From: the human T2T-CHM13v2.0 reference genome, Homo sapiens
Strand: one strand, 5' to 3'
Assembly: GCF_009914755.1 (NCBI RefSeq)
Contig: NC_060936.1
Length of the DNA stretch: 64,000 bases
The translations under genes and the position numbers were made by a program. Below, piece after piece: positions 23,059 through 39,089 of the stretch (position 1 is its first letter; the number at the start of each line of letters is the position of its first letter). A model generated the notes under the pieces. It saw nothing but the letters and a program-made list of their open reading frames with translations. It ran no database searches and was not told the origin of the DNA.

Positions 23059-23783
23059 TCACCACTTGGAAGTTGTTTCTCAATTCAAGTTTAAAAAAAA
23101 AAAAAGGACTAAGACTCTTAAATGCTCTCCTGGCTAGGTGTGGTGGCTCGTGCCTGTAATCCCAGGACTTCGGGAGGCCAAGGTGGGCGGATCACAAGGT
23201 CAGGAGTTCAAGACCATCCTGGCCAACATGGTGAAACCCTGTCTCTACTAAAAATACAAAAATTAGCTGGACATGGTGGTGGGCACCTGTAATCTCAGCT
23301 ACTCCGTAGGCTGAGTTGGGAGAATCGCTGGAACCCAGAAGTCAGAGGTTGCAGTGAGCCAAGATCATGCCATTGCACTCCAGTCTGGGTGACAAAAGCA
23401 AGTCTCAGTCTCAAAAAACAACCCAAAACCAAACAAAACCACAAATGCTTTCTTTTTCTTTCTTTCTTTTTTTTTTTTTTTTTTTTTTGAGATGGAGTTT
23501 TGCTTTGTCTCCCAGGGTGGAGTGCAGGGGCGTGATCTTGGCTCACTGCAACTCAGCCTCCTGGGTTCACGCCATTCTCTTGCCTCAGTCTCCTGAGTAG
23601 CTGGGATTACAGGCGCCCGCCACCATGCATGGCTGATTTTTTGTATTTTTAGTAGGGACAGGGTTTCACCATGTTAGCCAGGATGGTCTTGATCTCCTGA
23701 CCTCATGATCCGCCTGCCTCGGCCTCCCAAAGTGCTGAGATTACAGGCATGAGCCACCACGCCCGGCCTCTTTTTCTTTTTCT

Positions 23784-23815
<32 letters not shown>

Positions 23816-24108
23816 TGAGACGGGGTCTCTCTCTGTCACCAGGCTGGAGTGCAGTCTTGGCTCACAGCCTCTGCTTCCCAGGTTCATGCCATTCTCCTGC
23901 CTCAGTCTCCCGAGTAGTTGGGATTACAGGCGCCCACCACCACGCCGGGCTAATTTTTTGTGTTTTTAGTAGAGACAAGGTTTCACCATGTTGGCCAAGA
24001 TGGTCTCGATCTCTTGACCTCATGCTCTACCTGCCTTGGCCTCCCAAACTGCTGGGATTACAGGCATGAGCCACCACGCCTGGCCCACAAATGCTTTCTT
24101 AAATCTGA

Positions 24109-24339
<231 letters not shown>

Positions 24340-24622
24340 TAGCCAGGATGGTCTTGATCTGACCTCGTGATCTGCCCGCCTCAGCCTCCCAAAGTGCTGG
24401 GATTACAGGCATGAGCCACCGCGCCCAGCCTGAATTTCCTTTTCAACATCACACTATGTGCTATAAGTTTGAACTCTTTCTTTCACATAATTAAACTTAT
24501 TTACTCCTGGAGGCTGGGACCTCTTGCTCCTTCTTCCTCCAACCCCTTTGCAATAACTGAAATACTCTGATGTCCTGCAATATTTTAAGTATAATATTTA
24601 TTTATTTTTGTAAAAAGCTTTT

Positions 24623-24720
24623 AATACTAGTGAAGTGCCGTAGTGGGGGGATGGGGAAGAGTGGAACAAGGAGTTTGATCTGTAACTGAACCTGAACAAT
24701 CAATTGGGATAACTCACTAC
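24623..24720 (-). pseudogene. Y1 RNA (RNY1) pseudogene, 5'-truncated
   Basis: The reverse complement GTAGTGAGTTATCCCAATTGATTGTTCAGGTTCAGTTACAGATCAAACTCCTTGTTCCACTCTTCCCC...CACTACGGCACTTCACTAGT matches hY1 except for the first ~13 nt. Confidence 0.9.
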
Positions 24721-25458
24721 GTAGATAATTCACTATTTGGTTGCTGTATTATTACGGTCAACAGCTTCATTTTATCCCACATCAGCTAACTGGAGCAACA
24801 GCTAAGGTCGAGATAATAGCATTGTCATAGGTGCTGGACTTCTCTCTCAACATCATCATCACTTCACCTTCCTCAACTCTGCCCACATGTTCTTCCTCCT
24901 TCTCTAACACCTACTGAGAAATTGAGAAGGCGATTCTCTTCTGGGCTGTTAATATGCTGTTCCAGAGCAAGGTTCTATTTTTGTTTGTTAAACTTTGGAA
25001 GGCATTCTTAGATGTTTCTCCTCTCCCTGCGGGCTAGACTTACTAGGAGTTAAAAATAAATCCCTTTTTACATTGGGTCAAAGATCCCCTGAGGGTAGGG
25101 TGGGAAAGAGGAAGTCATAAATACCCTGGCAACAATATTGTTCAAGGTCAGGACTATTTTTTTTTTCCTCATATTTTTCAGGAACCAAAAAACGGTCAGG
25201 ACTATTTTTGACAATGCAGTTTGATGGTTTAGTCTTTTGAACTCTCCAGTAGACCTTAGAATTTGGTATACATAGTAATTCAGTCCTTGAATATTAAAAG
25301 CCTTTAGTTAGAGTACAATCTGACAAATCCAAAGCTGAACCATGAGTCAGAAATTTTTTTTTCCAGCACCATAGGAAAGAAAAAATAATAACTAAAAAGA
25401 GCCAGGTGTGGTGGCTCACGCCTGTACAGCATTTCGGGAGGCCGAGGCGGGCAGATCA

Positions 25459-25674
<216 letters not shown>

Positions 25675-26546
25675 TCAAAAAAAAAAGTTCTTGTAACTCT
25701 CCAATTTTCTGAATGTTAATGTTTTAGCTATTGGAAATGATTCATTAATTTGTTAAATTGGTAAGTTTTTTTTTTTTCATGCTGCCAAGCACCGTAGTCT
25801 GAGCAGTGCTTCTCTAATTTAGTATATACAAAAATCAGAGATTCTTTCAAGCTCTATATCATGGGGAGTGAAAAAAGAAAAGTAAACAGACAAACAAACA
25901 AACAAAAATCAGAGATTCATAAAGGACAGATTTCTGGGCCCACCTACGAGATTCTTATTCAGTAGGTCTCGTGTGATGCCCAGCCCAATAAGTGATGCTC
26001 ATCGTGGAAAAAGGAGTCAATGGTGTCTCATATATTTTTCTGTTAGTTGAATCTTTTATTCCACTTCAAAATTTCTTCTCATGGTAAGGTCATTGATGAA
26101 ACAGCCATGAGCAAGTTAATTAAACTGGTTCATAGATACATATGTGAAGATTTATTGTATTGTTCACTATGTAAGTTTGAAATTTTTCTTTTCTTTCCTT
26201 CTTTTTTTTTTTTGAGATGGAGTCTCACTCTGTCGCTCAGGCTGGAGTGCAGTGGTGCGATCTCAGCTCACTGCAACACCCACCTCCCAGGTTCAAGCAG
26301 TTCTCTGCCTCAGCCTCCTGAGTAGCTGGGATTACAGGCATGTACCACCACGCCCGGACAGCTTTTTTTTTTTTTTTTTTTTTTGAGACAAGGTCAGGCT
26401 GTCCCTGAGGCTGGAGTGCAGTGATGCAATCATGGCTCACTGAAGCCTTGACCTTCTGGGCTCAAAGGATCCTCCCACCTCAGCCTCCCAAGTAGCTGGG
26501 ACCACAGGCATGTGCCACCTCGCCCAGCTAATTAAATTTTTAAAAT

Positions 26547-26585
<39 letters not shown>

Positions 26586-27036
26586 TTTTGAGACAGAGTT
26601 TTTCTTTGTTGCCCAGGCTGGTCTCAAATACCTGGGCTCAAAGCAGTCCTCTTGCTTTAGTCTCCCAAATTGCTGGGAGTGCGTGAAGTACTGCAGCTAG
26701 CTAAAATTTTTCATAATAAAAAGGTTCTTTTTGTGTTTTTATGGGTAAAATAGGCAAAATAGTGAAGAATATGCTGATAATTCCATTTGTAATCTCTAAC
26801 TAAACTAAGTAGTTTCAGTAGTTATGGTGTTCATCTTTCCATCATTGGTAATTGGAGAGTAACTCTACCTCCCAGAGGAAGGAAGGAAGACTGTTAGTTG
26901 TGAATTAAAGACTCATTGTTCAAGGCTCATTGAATTGTCAGTGTAGGGGACCTAAGGCAATGACCACTGTTATTTTCAAGAGTTATTCTGTATATCACAT
27001 TGATGTGCAGTTCAATATTTAAATGTAAGGAAATGA

Positions 27037-27348
<312 letters not shown>

Positions 27349-27758
27349 TGATCCACCAACCTCAGCCTCCCAAAGTGCTGGGATTACAGGCATGAGCCAC
27401 CGCGCCCGGCCAAATAATGATTTCCTACTTTTTGCCTGGTTCTCTCTAGAAGAGTAGTTCTTAAACAATAGCATTCAGAAAAATCACCTGGTTTCAATGG
27501 TAGGCTGTCATGAAAAAAAAAAATCACAGGGAGAATTTTAAAACAGATTCCTGATCCCTACCACCAAAGATTCCTATTCAGTGGTGAAGCCCATCAGTTA
27601 GCATCTCTAACAAGCTCCCAGGTGGTGCTGAGGATGCTGGTGAATGAACCATTCATACTCTTCTAGGGTTGCAGACAAGACAATAAATTAAACAGGTGAA
27701 AAATGAAAGTAATTGCCCTCACAGAGCTTATATTCTAGTGATAGTAGGTAGATAAATC

Positions 27759-27800
<42 letters not shown>

Positions 27801-27816
27801 TTAGATAGATAGATAG
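27759..27816 (+). repeat. (AGAT)n tetranucleotide microsatellite
   Basis: About 14 units with one AGTT interruption. Confidence 0.97.
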
Positions 27817-28768
27817 AATGTATGTTACCTGTGTTGCCTGGCCAAAGGGTAGGTTCACATTTGGCATGTATGTCAATCCAAGCTGCACTTGACCTTTTCT
27901 AATCATCTCCAAGTCTACCTATTGCCTTATGCAAATCCTATCACTTGATTTATTCAAGAAGTCTCCCAACTGTCATCTCTGTTGGCACCCATGCCTTCCT
28001 ATAATCTAGTCCCAATGTATTCGTCAGAATGATTTTTTTGTTGTTTTTTAAAGACGGTCGTATCAAGATACTCCTTAGCTCAAAATCTTCCTTTGGCTTT
28101 CTCTCATTCAGAGTCACGAGTCAAACTGCTGAATCACAGAATCCTTCCTCTGGCCCTGTACTTTACAGTCTGTCTTTGCCTCCTTGGGTTCTCCCACAGC
28201 ACCATGAAGTTGGCCCCTCATTGATCCAGGAAGAAGGCAGGAAATCTCCAGAATCAGGGCTTTTGCCACCAATGTTGTCTCTCTGGTTCTTCCTCCAGAA
28301 ATCTACCTAGCTTTAACATTACCTCCTTAATGCAGTGTCCCCCTCCCTATCCTCCATTTGATTCTTCATTATAGCACTTAGGAAAGGTCAACTGCAGCTT
28401 CGGTTGGCACACATGCCAAATGTGAACCTACCCTTTTGGCAAGAGAAACAGGTAATCTCCACCCCAGCAGTCCTGTGACACAAGCAGTAATGAAAGAAAT
28501 AAAGAAATGCACGTTTTTAAAAAGCATAATCATTTTTTGACACTCTGCTGGTTCACCAAGCCCTTGTTCATGTGCTGATCAAAAACGCACTCAACGGTGG
28601 AAAACAGAAGCATGCAAAAGCAATACGATTACAAGAAAGATGCCATTGAATTCTAGATATATTTTGAAGGCATAGTTGACAAAGATGTCTTTAAGATTTT
28701 GGACTGGCCGGGTGCAGTGGCTCACACCTGTAATCCTAGCACTTTGGGAGGCCGAGGTTGGCAGATCA

Positions 28769-29050
<282 letters not shown>

Positions 29051-29252
29051 TTAAAGCTTACAGTCCTTTTCTACCTATGGTCACCTACTTACTTCTCAGG
29101 TCTCTGGACTCTAATTTCCAATGACCGATTTGACACTCCATCTCTATATAAACCAAGATGATCAAATATATACATACACAGGTATCAGGCCTTGGGCTAG
29201 ATATAATTAAGATGGCTACAATATGGACAAGACAGTGCCTCATGCATATTAA

Positions 29253-30407
<1,155 letters not shown>

Positions 30408-31185
30408 GTAATCTGCTCACTAAGTGTTAGTTGCCGTGTTCTCTGCCACAACTCCCTCCTGTTGCACCCCTGCCTTTGAGTCCTGCTAAACAACAGTATT
30501 GGAACCCATCATTTTCTCTCATGCCTTTACCCAAACTGTTAATTTTCTGCAATTCCCTTCTCTCCACATTTTTCCTTCTCAGATCACTGAAGATCGTCCA
30601 GTCTTCCCTGCCCATCCCTTCCCGACCCCATCCTCCATTATTTGTACTCTCTTAGCATCCAGTGCACTTTTTTCAGTACTTATCACACAACATTATAATT
30701 GTTTTTTTTGGTTTATTTTGATCAACTCTACTAAATTGTTAGCTCATTTTAACACGCCCTTATGCCAGCCTAGTCCAACAAATCTGAAGTCAGACAGGTT
30801 CCTAAACCTCAACTTTATTCAAATTGCTTTCCTTGGCAAAGAACATAGTAAGTTGGCCTTCCAGCCACCAACCCCCTTCCCTTTGGTCTTTCACTCCGGA
30901 GGCTCTTACCCTAGACGCAATGGGACAGGGAGCGGGGGATGGGGGAATTCAGCTCAGGCTTTTATGCAAAGTCCCCCTTCAGCAAAGAACAAAGCTTCTG
31001 GTACCTGCCCTTTGGACAGCTGCGGGCAAGCTCAGCCTCGGTGAGTCTTGGTGGCCTTGACAGCCCCCACTTAACACACTGTGCTGATTAAGAGAGACAG
31101 GAGGGCAAGTTTTTCCCTTTTTTAAAGAAATCATCCTCGACATGGACTACCTGCCTTGAAGCATGATCTATCTAGTTCCACTTAC

Positions 31186-31317
31186 CTCCTCCCCGACGCC
31201 CCCATTCTGACTCTTCTCCAGAGTGGAGGTCTGAGAAGAAAAAAAGAAATGCCGCATTTCATCTCCTTGTTTCACACCCAGCAGTACTTCTACTCTCAAC
31301 AGTTGGAGTCTTTGCAT
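31186..31317 (-). CDS. SLC2A14: SLC2A14 distal alternative first coding exon, 44 aa [44 protein letters not shown]
   Basis: Open frame from ATG 31317 to a strong phase-0 GAG|GTAAGT donor. It matches the N-terminus I recall for the longest GLUT14 isoform. The ORF track misses it because it is under 60 aa. Confidence 0.75.
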
Positions 31318-31814
31318 TGTGAACAAAAGTCAGGTTGTGTGGGAGCAAAGCCAGCTGCTCCCAGTGCAGACCCAGGAGCAGAGTGCAGAGGAGAATGAGT
31401 CAGAGTTGTGTCTTCAAAAATTACGTAATTGCGATTTGCTAAGAGTTTACTTTCTGTTTGGGAAATTGGAAAAGAGAAAGAAATCTTACTTTTATTTCTT
31501 TTTTTTTTGTTTTTTTCGAGACAGGGTCTCACTGTCACCCAGACTGGAGTGCAGTGGCACAATCTCGGCTCACTGCAACCTCTGCCTCCTGGGTTCAAGC
31601 GACTTTCCTGCCTCAGCCCCGCCGAGTAGCTGGGATTACAGGCGTGTGCCACTACAGCCCGGTTAATTTTTTTGTATATTTTAGTAGAGACGGGGTTTCA
31701 CCATGTTGGCCAGGCTGATCTCGAACTCCTGACCTCAGAGTTATTCGCCCACCTCGGCCTCCCAAAGTGCTGGGATTATAGGCGTGAACCTTCGCACCTG
31801 GCCAGGTTTCTTGA

Positions 31815-32038
<224 letters not shown>

Positions 32039-32436
32039 TAGTAGAGACGGGGTTTCATCGTGTTAGCCAGGATGGTCTCCATCTCCTGACCTCATGATCC
32101 GCCCGCCTTGGCCTCCCAAAGTGCTGGGATTACAGGCGTGAACGACAGCACCCAGCTACTTTAGACTATTTATGTCCATAAATGTTAGTGCTGGAACCCA
32201 ACTCTAAAAACTTTATTCCTTTGGAAAACATACCTCCCTCTCACCTCAAACAAACAAACAAACCCAAACACACAAGATGGGCATGGGGTAATGTTGAAAG
32301 ACATGACAATATCATCATTCCTGATTTAAAAGTTGGAAACGTGGTGAACCTAGAAGTATTTGTTGCTGGGTTTGTCTTCAGGTTCTGTTGCTCGGTTTTC
32401 TAGTTCCCCACCTAGTCTGGGTTACTCTGCAGCTAC

Positions 32437-32451
32437 TTTTGCATTACAATG
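32437..32451 (+). promoter_or_regulatory. OCT4-SOX2 composite element of the NANOG-type proximal promoter
   Basis: TTTTGCATTACAATG, the classical NANOG OCT/SOX element. KLF-type GGGTGGG motifs follow (~32495-32527), then TATAAA at 32551. Confidence 0.92.
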
Positions 32452-32882
32452 GCCTTGGTGAGACTGGTAGACGGGATTAACTGAGAATTCACAAGGGTGG
32501 GGGGGTGTCCCCCCCAGGAGGGGTGGGTCTAAGGGTGATAGAGCCTTCATTATAAATCTAAAGACTCCAGGACTTTAGCATTTTTCTGGACTGAGCTGGT
32601 TTCCTCCTGTTATTGTGGAGGCGACTCACTTCATCACAACTTCTTGATACTTTTGCTGCTGGAGGTCATATTTCTCTAAGATCTTCCAGAAAAAAGTCTT
32701 AAAGCCATCTTAGCCTTTTTTCCAGTCCAGCTCTTAAATTTTTCCCACTCTTCTCCAATAATGACATGAGTGTGGATCCAGCTTGTCCATAAAGCCTGCC
32801 TTGCTCCAAAGCATCTGACTGTAAAGACTGGTCACCTATACCTGTGATTTGTGGGCCTGAAGAAAACCATCCATCCTTGCAA

Positions 32883-32916
32883 ATGTCTTCTGCTGAGATG
32901 CCTCACACAGAGACTG
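32883..32916 (+). CDS. NANOGP1: NANOGP1 coding exon 1 (from Met40: [11 protein letters not shown])
   Basis: In-frame ATG at 32883 and donor ACTG|GTAAGA. Confidence 0.8.
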
Positions 32917-33319
32917 GTAAGAAAGAAATTTATCCTTGAAAGAAAGGCCAAGTTCCTTAAGAGAAAAGGGAAGGAGAGAGGGTTAAGGGATCATTTCACT
33001 CTTGAGCAATAATACCCCATTACTATAAGCAAGTGTTAATATCACCTAATCCTCTGAAAAAACCCCTGTTTCAATTGTAACTTGGTGGCACCTGCCCTTT
33101 GAACTATATCCCAGGTCTCAGGAGTGTGCACTGAGTTGAAGGACACAGAATTCGGCAGTTGAACAGTATGCAGTAAATTTGAGAACCTATAGGCTTAGGC
33201 ATGGTGGAAACAAAAATGTATCATTGGCCGGGCGTGGTGGCTTACGCCTGTAATCCCAGCACTTTGGGAGGCCGAGGTGGGCGGATCACGAGGTCAGGAG
33301 ATCGAGACCATCCTGGCTA

Positions 33320-33526
<207 letters not shown>

Positions 33527-34281
33527 TTATTATAGTTAAATGAAGGTGATGCGTACATCTTCACATAGCACTGGACACACAGCTATAGCAGATTTATTGC
33601 TAATTAACCGGAAGACCTAACATCATAGCTCAGGGATAAGCATGATGTTTTTGTTTTGCCAAAAATGGCATGGCAAATCATGGTGAGATTTCTGTAATTA
33701 ATATATAATTTATGTAATTACCTTCTTTCTATGGCAGTAACGGCTGTCTCTTCTCCATTCTCTGGGTTTGTGGATGTTACTGGGCAGCTCTGAGTTTGGG
33801 AGCACCTCCTATGTCTACTTCTCATCAGTCCTGGGAAGTGTTGATGAAACCTTATGGTAAAGATAATTCCAGAAAGTTTAATCTACTGACAGTCAAACAG
33901 AACGTAGCTAGAAATCCAGTTTGGCTTCAAAACCTGTGCTAGTACTTACGCTTCTGACTGGTAGCTGCAAGGGGTGGGGGATACTCAGGATACTCATAAA
34001 GCCACTATCACTCTTTGGAAAATCAATTTTTCAGTAGTTTTCAAAAATTTAAAAATGAACCAACTTTAGTTACAAAATCAGTATATGCCAGGCCCTATGC
34101 TGGACCATTTTAATTGGTTACCTCATTTTAATAAACGAAGGAATAATTTTGGAGATGAGGTCAGAGAGCTAGTAAAGGGAAATCTTGGACTGAAACAGAA
34201 GCCTATCAAAATTCACATATCCTGCTGGTTCTAGCATTGAGAGCTGGGCAGTGAGTTGCTGGCTTTATTTTTTATTTTTTA

Positions 34282-34410
<129 letters not shown>

Positions 34411-34728
34411 CTACTAAAATACAAAAAATTAGCTGGGCGTGGCGGCATGCCCCTATACTCCTAGCTACTCGGGAGGCTGAGACAGGAGAATTGCTTGAAC
34501 CCGGGAGGTGGAGGTCAGTGAGCTGAGATTGCACCACTTCACTCCAGTCTGGGCGACAGAGCGAGACTTCTGTCTCAAAAAGAAAAAAAAAGAAGATGCT
34601 TATCATGGGCCGGGGGCAGTGGCTCACACCTGTAATCCCAGCACTTCCAGAGGCCTAAGCAGGCAGATCACCAGAGGTCAGGAGTTCAAGACCAGCCAGG
34701 CCAACACAGTGAAATCCTCTCTCTACTA

Positions 34729-34920
<192 letters not shown>

Positions 34921-35142
34921 CTATGGCCGGGCGAAGTGTCTCACACCTGTAATCCCAGCATTTTTGGATGCCAAGGCGGCTAGATCACTTGAGGTCAGGA
35001 GTTCAGGACCATCCTGCTCAACATGGTGAAACACTGTCTCTACTAAAAATACAAAGAATTAGCTAGGCATGGTAGCGGGTGCCTGTAATCACACCTACTC
35101 AGGAAGCTGAGGCACGAGAATCTTTTTTTCTTTTTTTTTTGA

Positions 35143-35301
<159 letters not shown>

Positions 35302-35663
35302 TAGTAGAGACGGGGTTTCTCCATGTTGGTCAGGCTGGTCTTGAACTCCTGACCTCAGGTGATCCACCCGCCTGGGCCTCCCAAAGTGTTGGGATTACAG
35401 GCGTGAGGCACCGCCCCCGCCGAGAATCTCTTGAACCTGGGAAGCGGAGGTTGCAATGAGCGGAGATCACCCCACTGCACTCCTGCCTGGGCGTCAGAGC
35501 AAGACTCTGTCTCTAAATAAATAAATAAATAAGAAGGTGCTTATTACTTAGATCTGGGGTTGTGGGGATTATCAAAGTACTTTGAAAACAACTTTTTTAA
35601 CAGGATATTTTAATATTTGGAAAAAGTTTTAAAGAAAAGCATCCTTTTATTTGTTTCCAACAG

Positions 35664-35926
35664 TCTCTCCTCTTCCTTCCTCCATGGATCTGCCTATTCA
35701 GGACAGCCATGATTCTTCCACCAGTCCCAAAGGCAAACAACCCACTACTGCAGAGAAGAGTGCCACAAAAAAGGAAGACAAGGTCCCGGTCAAGAAACAG
35801 AAGACCAGAACTGTGTTCTCTTCCACCCAGCTGTGTGTACTCAATGATAGATTTCAGAGACAGAAATACCTCAGCCTCCAGCAGATGCAAGAACTTTCCA
35901 ACATCCTGAACCTCAGCTACAAACAG
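35664..35926 (+). CDS. NANOGP1: NANOGP1 exon 2 (N-terminal domain end and homeodomain helices 1-2)
   Basis: aacag|TCTCTCC acceptor and CAG|GTAGGC donor, 263 nt. Encodes [44 protein letters not shown]. Confidence 0.93.
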
Positions 35927-36062
35927 GTAGGCTTATTTTGTCGTTGCAATAAGGTGAACAAAAATTGGACTAATTTGCATGGCTAAGATCTCTGTGGATG
36001 CACATAGATGTGTGTGGTATGTGTCAGCACACTCCCTCTTGCAAATAATTTAAGTATGAAGA

Positions 36063-37146
36063 TGAGGTATGTTATGGCTTAACCCTTCACCCTTCACCTC
36101 AATAGAGTTTTTATTTTATTTTATTTTGAGATGGAGTCTGGCTCTGTTATCCAGGCTGGATTCACCGTGGCACAATCTCGGCTCACTGCCTCAGCCTCCC
36201 GAATAGCTGGGATTACAGGCGCCTGCCACCGCACCTAGCTAATTTTTGTATTTCAGTAGAGACGGGGTTTCACCATGTTGGCCAGACTGGTCTTGAACTC
36301 CTAACCTGAGGTGATCTGCCTACCTTGGCCTACCAAAGTGCTGGGATTACAGGCGTGAGCCACCGTGCCTGGCCTCAATAGAGTTTTTAAAAAAATAAAC
36401 AAAGTCTCCCAATTCCAAACAATAGGAATAGATCTTCATCACACCAATTTGTACTTTATTTCTTATACTTGAGGTTAGATTCTAAACCCTAAAGATATCC
36501 AGACTAGTATTAGATCTACTTATCTATAGCCAGAGACAGCTTCTATCAATGTTGTCCTTAACAGCCAAGGTTATTAAAATGTCTTTTCTCAGGAAAGATC
36601 CAATAGGAAAAAAGAAAGAAACCTCTCTGATTAGGCTCCAACCATACCCCACCCTCCATGAGATTGACTGGATAGGCATCATGGAAACCAGAACACGTAG
36701 TTTCCATACAAGAAAAATCCTATGAGGGATGGGAGGAGGGGAGAGGAAGGATTCAGCCAGTGTCCAGACTGAAACTGAGTAACATCAATTTCACTCATCT
36801 TCACACGTCTTCAGGTTGCATGTTCATGGAGTAGTTTAGGAATAAATCCATGGTTTGTGGAGTACTAAAATACCTAGTGGTCTGCTGTATTACATTAAGG
36901 CCTTCCCCAGCAGCTTCCAAGGCAGCCTCCAAGTCACTGGCAGGAGAATTTGGCTGGAACTGCATGCAGGACTGCAGAGATTCCTCTCCACAGTTATAGA
37001 AGGGACTGTTCCAGGCCTGATTGTTCCAGGATTGGGTGCACCAGGTCTGAGTGTTCCAGGAGTGGTTGCTCCAGGACTGGATGTTCTGGGTCTCGTTGCT
37101 CCAGGTTGAATTGTTCCAGGTCTGGTTGCTCCACATTGGAAGGTTC
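36063..37146 (-). repeat. Inverted duplicate of NANOGP1 exon 4 (from NLPMW) and 3'UTR, within intron 2
   Basis: Reverse complement of 38744-~40100, minus the Alu at ~39433-39716. The ORF track shows the NANOG WR/CD2 peptide on both strands (36801-37151 minus; 38730-39089 plus). Confidence 0.97.
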
Positions 37147-37311
37147 TTCACCTCTTTCTTTCATTAAATATCTATTACGTGAATGTGATATAATTTAACC
37201 ACTTTCTTTTCTTGCATAGACCAATATTGTGAAAATCTTTCCAATGTTTCCTTAATCAAAAAGAATTATGGGCCGGGCGCAGTAGCTCACACCTGTAATC
37301 CCAGCACTTTA

Positions 37312-38165
<854 letters not shown>

Positions 38166-38450
38166 TGATCCGCCCGCCTCGGCCTCCCAAAGTGCTGAGA
38201 TTACAGGCGTAAGCCACTGCGTATGCCTGGCTAATTTTTTTAATTTTTGTAAAGACAGGGTTTCACCATTTTGGCGAGGCTGGCGCGAACTCCTGGGCTT
38301 AAGCAATTCGCCCACCTTGGCTTCCCGAAGTGTTGGGATTACAGGTGTGAGACATGGTGCCTGGCCAGGAATAAAAGTTAGTAGTATTCTTTCATTCAAA
38401 GTACATCCGTATTATTAATATTTTATAATTTCTGTCATTTTTTCCTGCAG

Positions 38451-38537
38451 GTGAAGACCTGGTTCCAGAACCAGAGAATGAAATCTAAGAGGTGGCAGAA
38501 AAACAACTGGCTGAAGAATAGCAATGGTGTGACGCAG
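38451..38537 (+). CDS. NANOGP1: NANOGP1 exon 3 (homeodomain recognition helix [16 protein letters not shown])
   Basis: tttcctgcag| acceptor and CAG|GTAACA donor, 87 nt. Confidence 0.93.
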
Positions 38538-38672
38538 GTAACAGGAAACTTCATTCTGTTCTTTCCTTTCAGTGATCTTTCAATCTTGTCCATCCCTGAA
38601 ACACACAACTCCAGTCACAGACAGTTCTGGTTGTCCTTGTACCCTTTCTGTTAATCTCTCCTTCTCTTTGAG

Positions 38673-39089
38673 AAGGCCTCAGCACCTACCTACCCCAGCC
38701 TCTACTCTTCCTACCACCAGGGATGCCTGGTGAACCCGACTGGGAACCTTCCAATGTGGAGCAACCAGACCTGGAACAATTCAACCTGGAGCAACCAGAC
38801 CCAGAACATCCAGTCCTGGAGCAACCACTCCTGGAACACTCAGACCTGGTGCACCCAATCCTGGAACAATCAGGCCTGGAACAGTCCCTTCTATAACTGT
38901 GGAGAGGAATCTCTGCAGTCCTGCATGCAGTTCCAGCCAAATTCTCCTGCCAGTGACTTGCAGGCTGCCTTGGAAGCTGCTGGGGAAGGCCTTAATGTAA
39001 TACAGCAGACCACTAGGTATTTTAGTACTCCACAAACCATGGATTTATTCCTAAACTACTCCATGAACATGCAACCTGAAGACGTGTGA
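38673..39089 (+). CDS. NANOGP1: NANOGP1 exon 4 CDS (CD1, tryptophan repeat, CD2); alternative in-frame acceptor at 38721
   Basis: [34 protein letters not shown]...MQPEDV*. The proximal acceptor is GAG rather than CAG. CAG|GGATGC lies 48 nt downstream. Confidence 0.9.
   Translation, partial: KASAPTYPSLYSSYHQGCLVNPTGNLPMWSNQTWNNSTWSNQTQNIQSWSNHSWNTQTWCTQSWNNQAWNSPFYNCGEESLQSCMQFQPNSPASDLQAALEAAGEGLNVIQQTTRYFSTPQTMDLFLNYSMNMQPEDV

Noticed and set aside
28440-28700. Possible NANOGNB remnant (GKQK-like peptide)
   Set aside because: The similarity is too short and not colinear.
30499-31044. 181-aa ORF upstream of NANOGP1
   Set aside because: Non-ATG start, no recognisable domain, and it overlaps regulatory sequence.
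36801-37151. Minus-strand 116-aa NANOG C-terminal ORF as an independent gene or processed pseudogene
   Set aside because: It has a GTG start, no homeodomain, no convincing acceptor, promoter or poly(A) tail. It is the inverted duplicate. Translation from the internal Met cannot be excluded but has no support.
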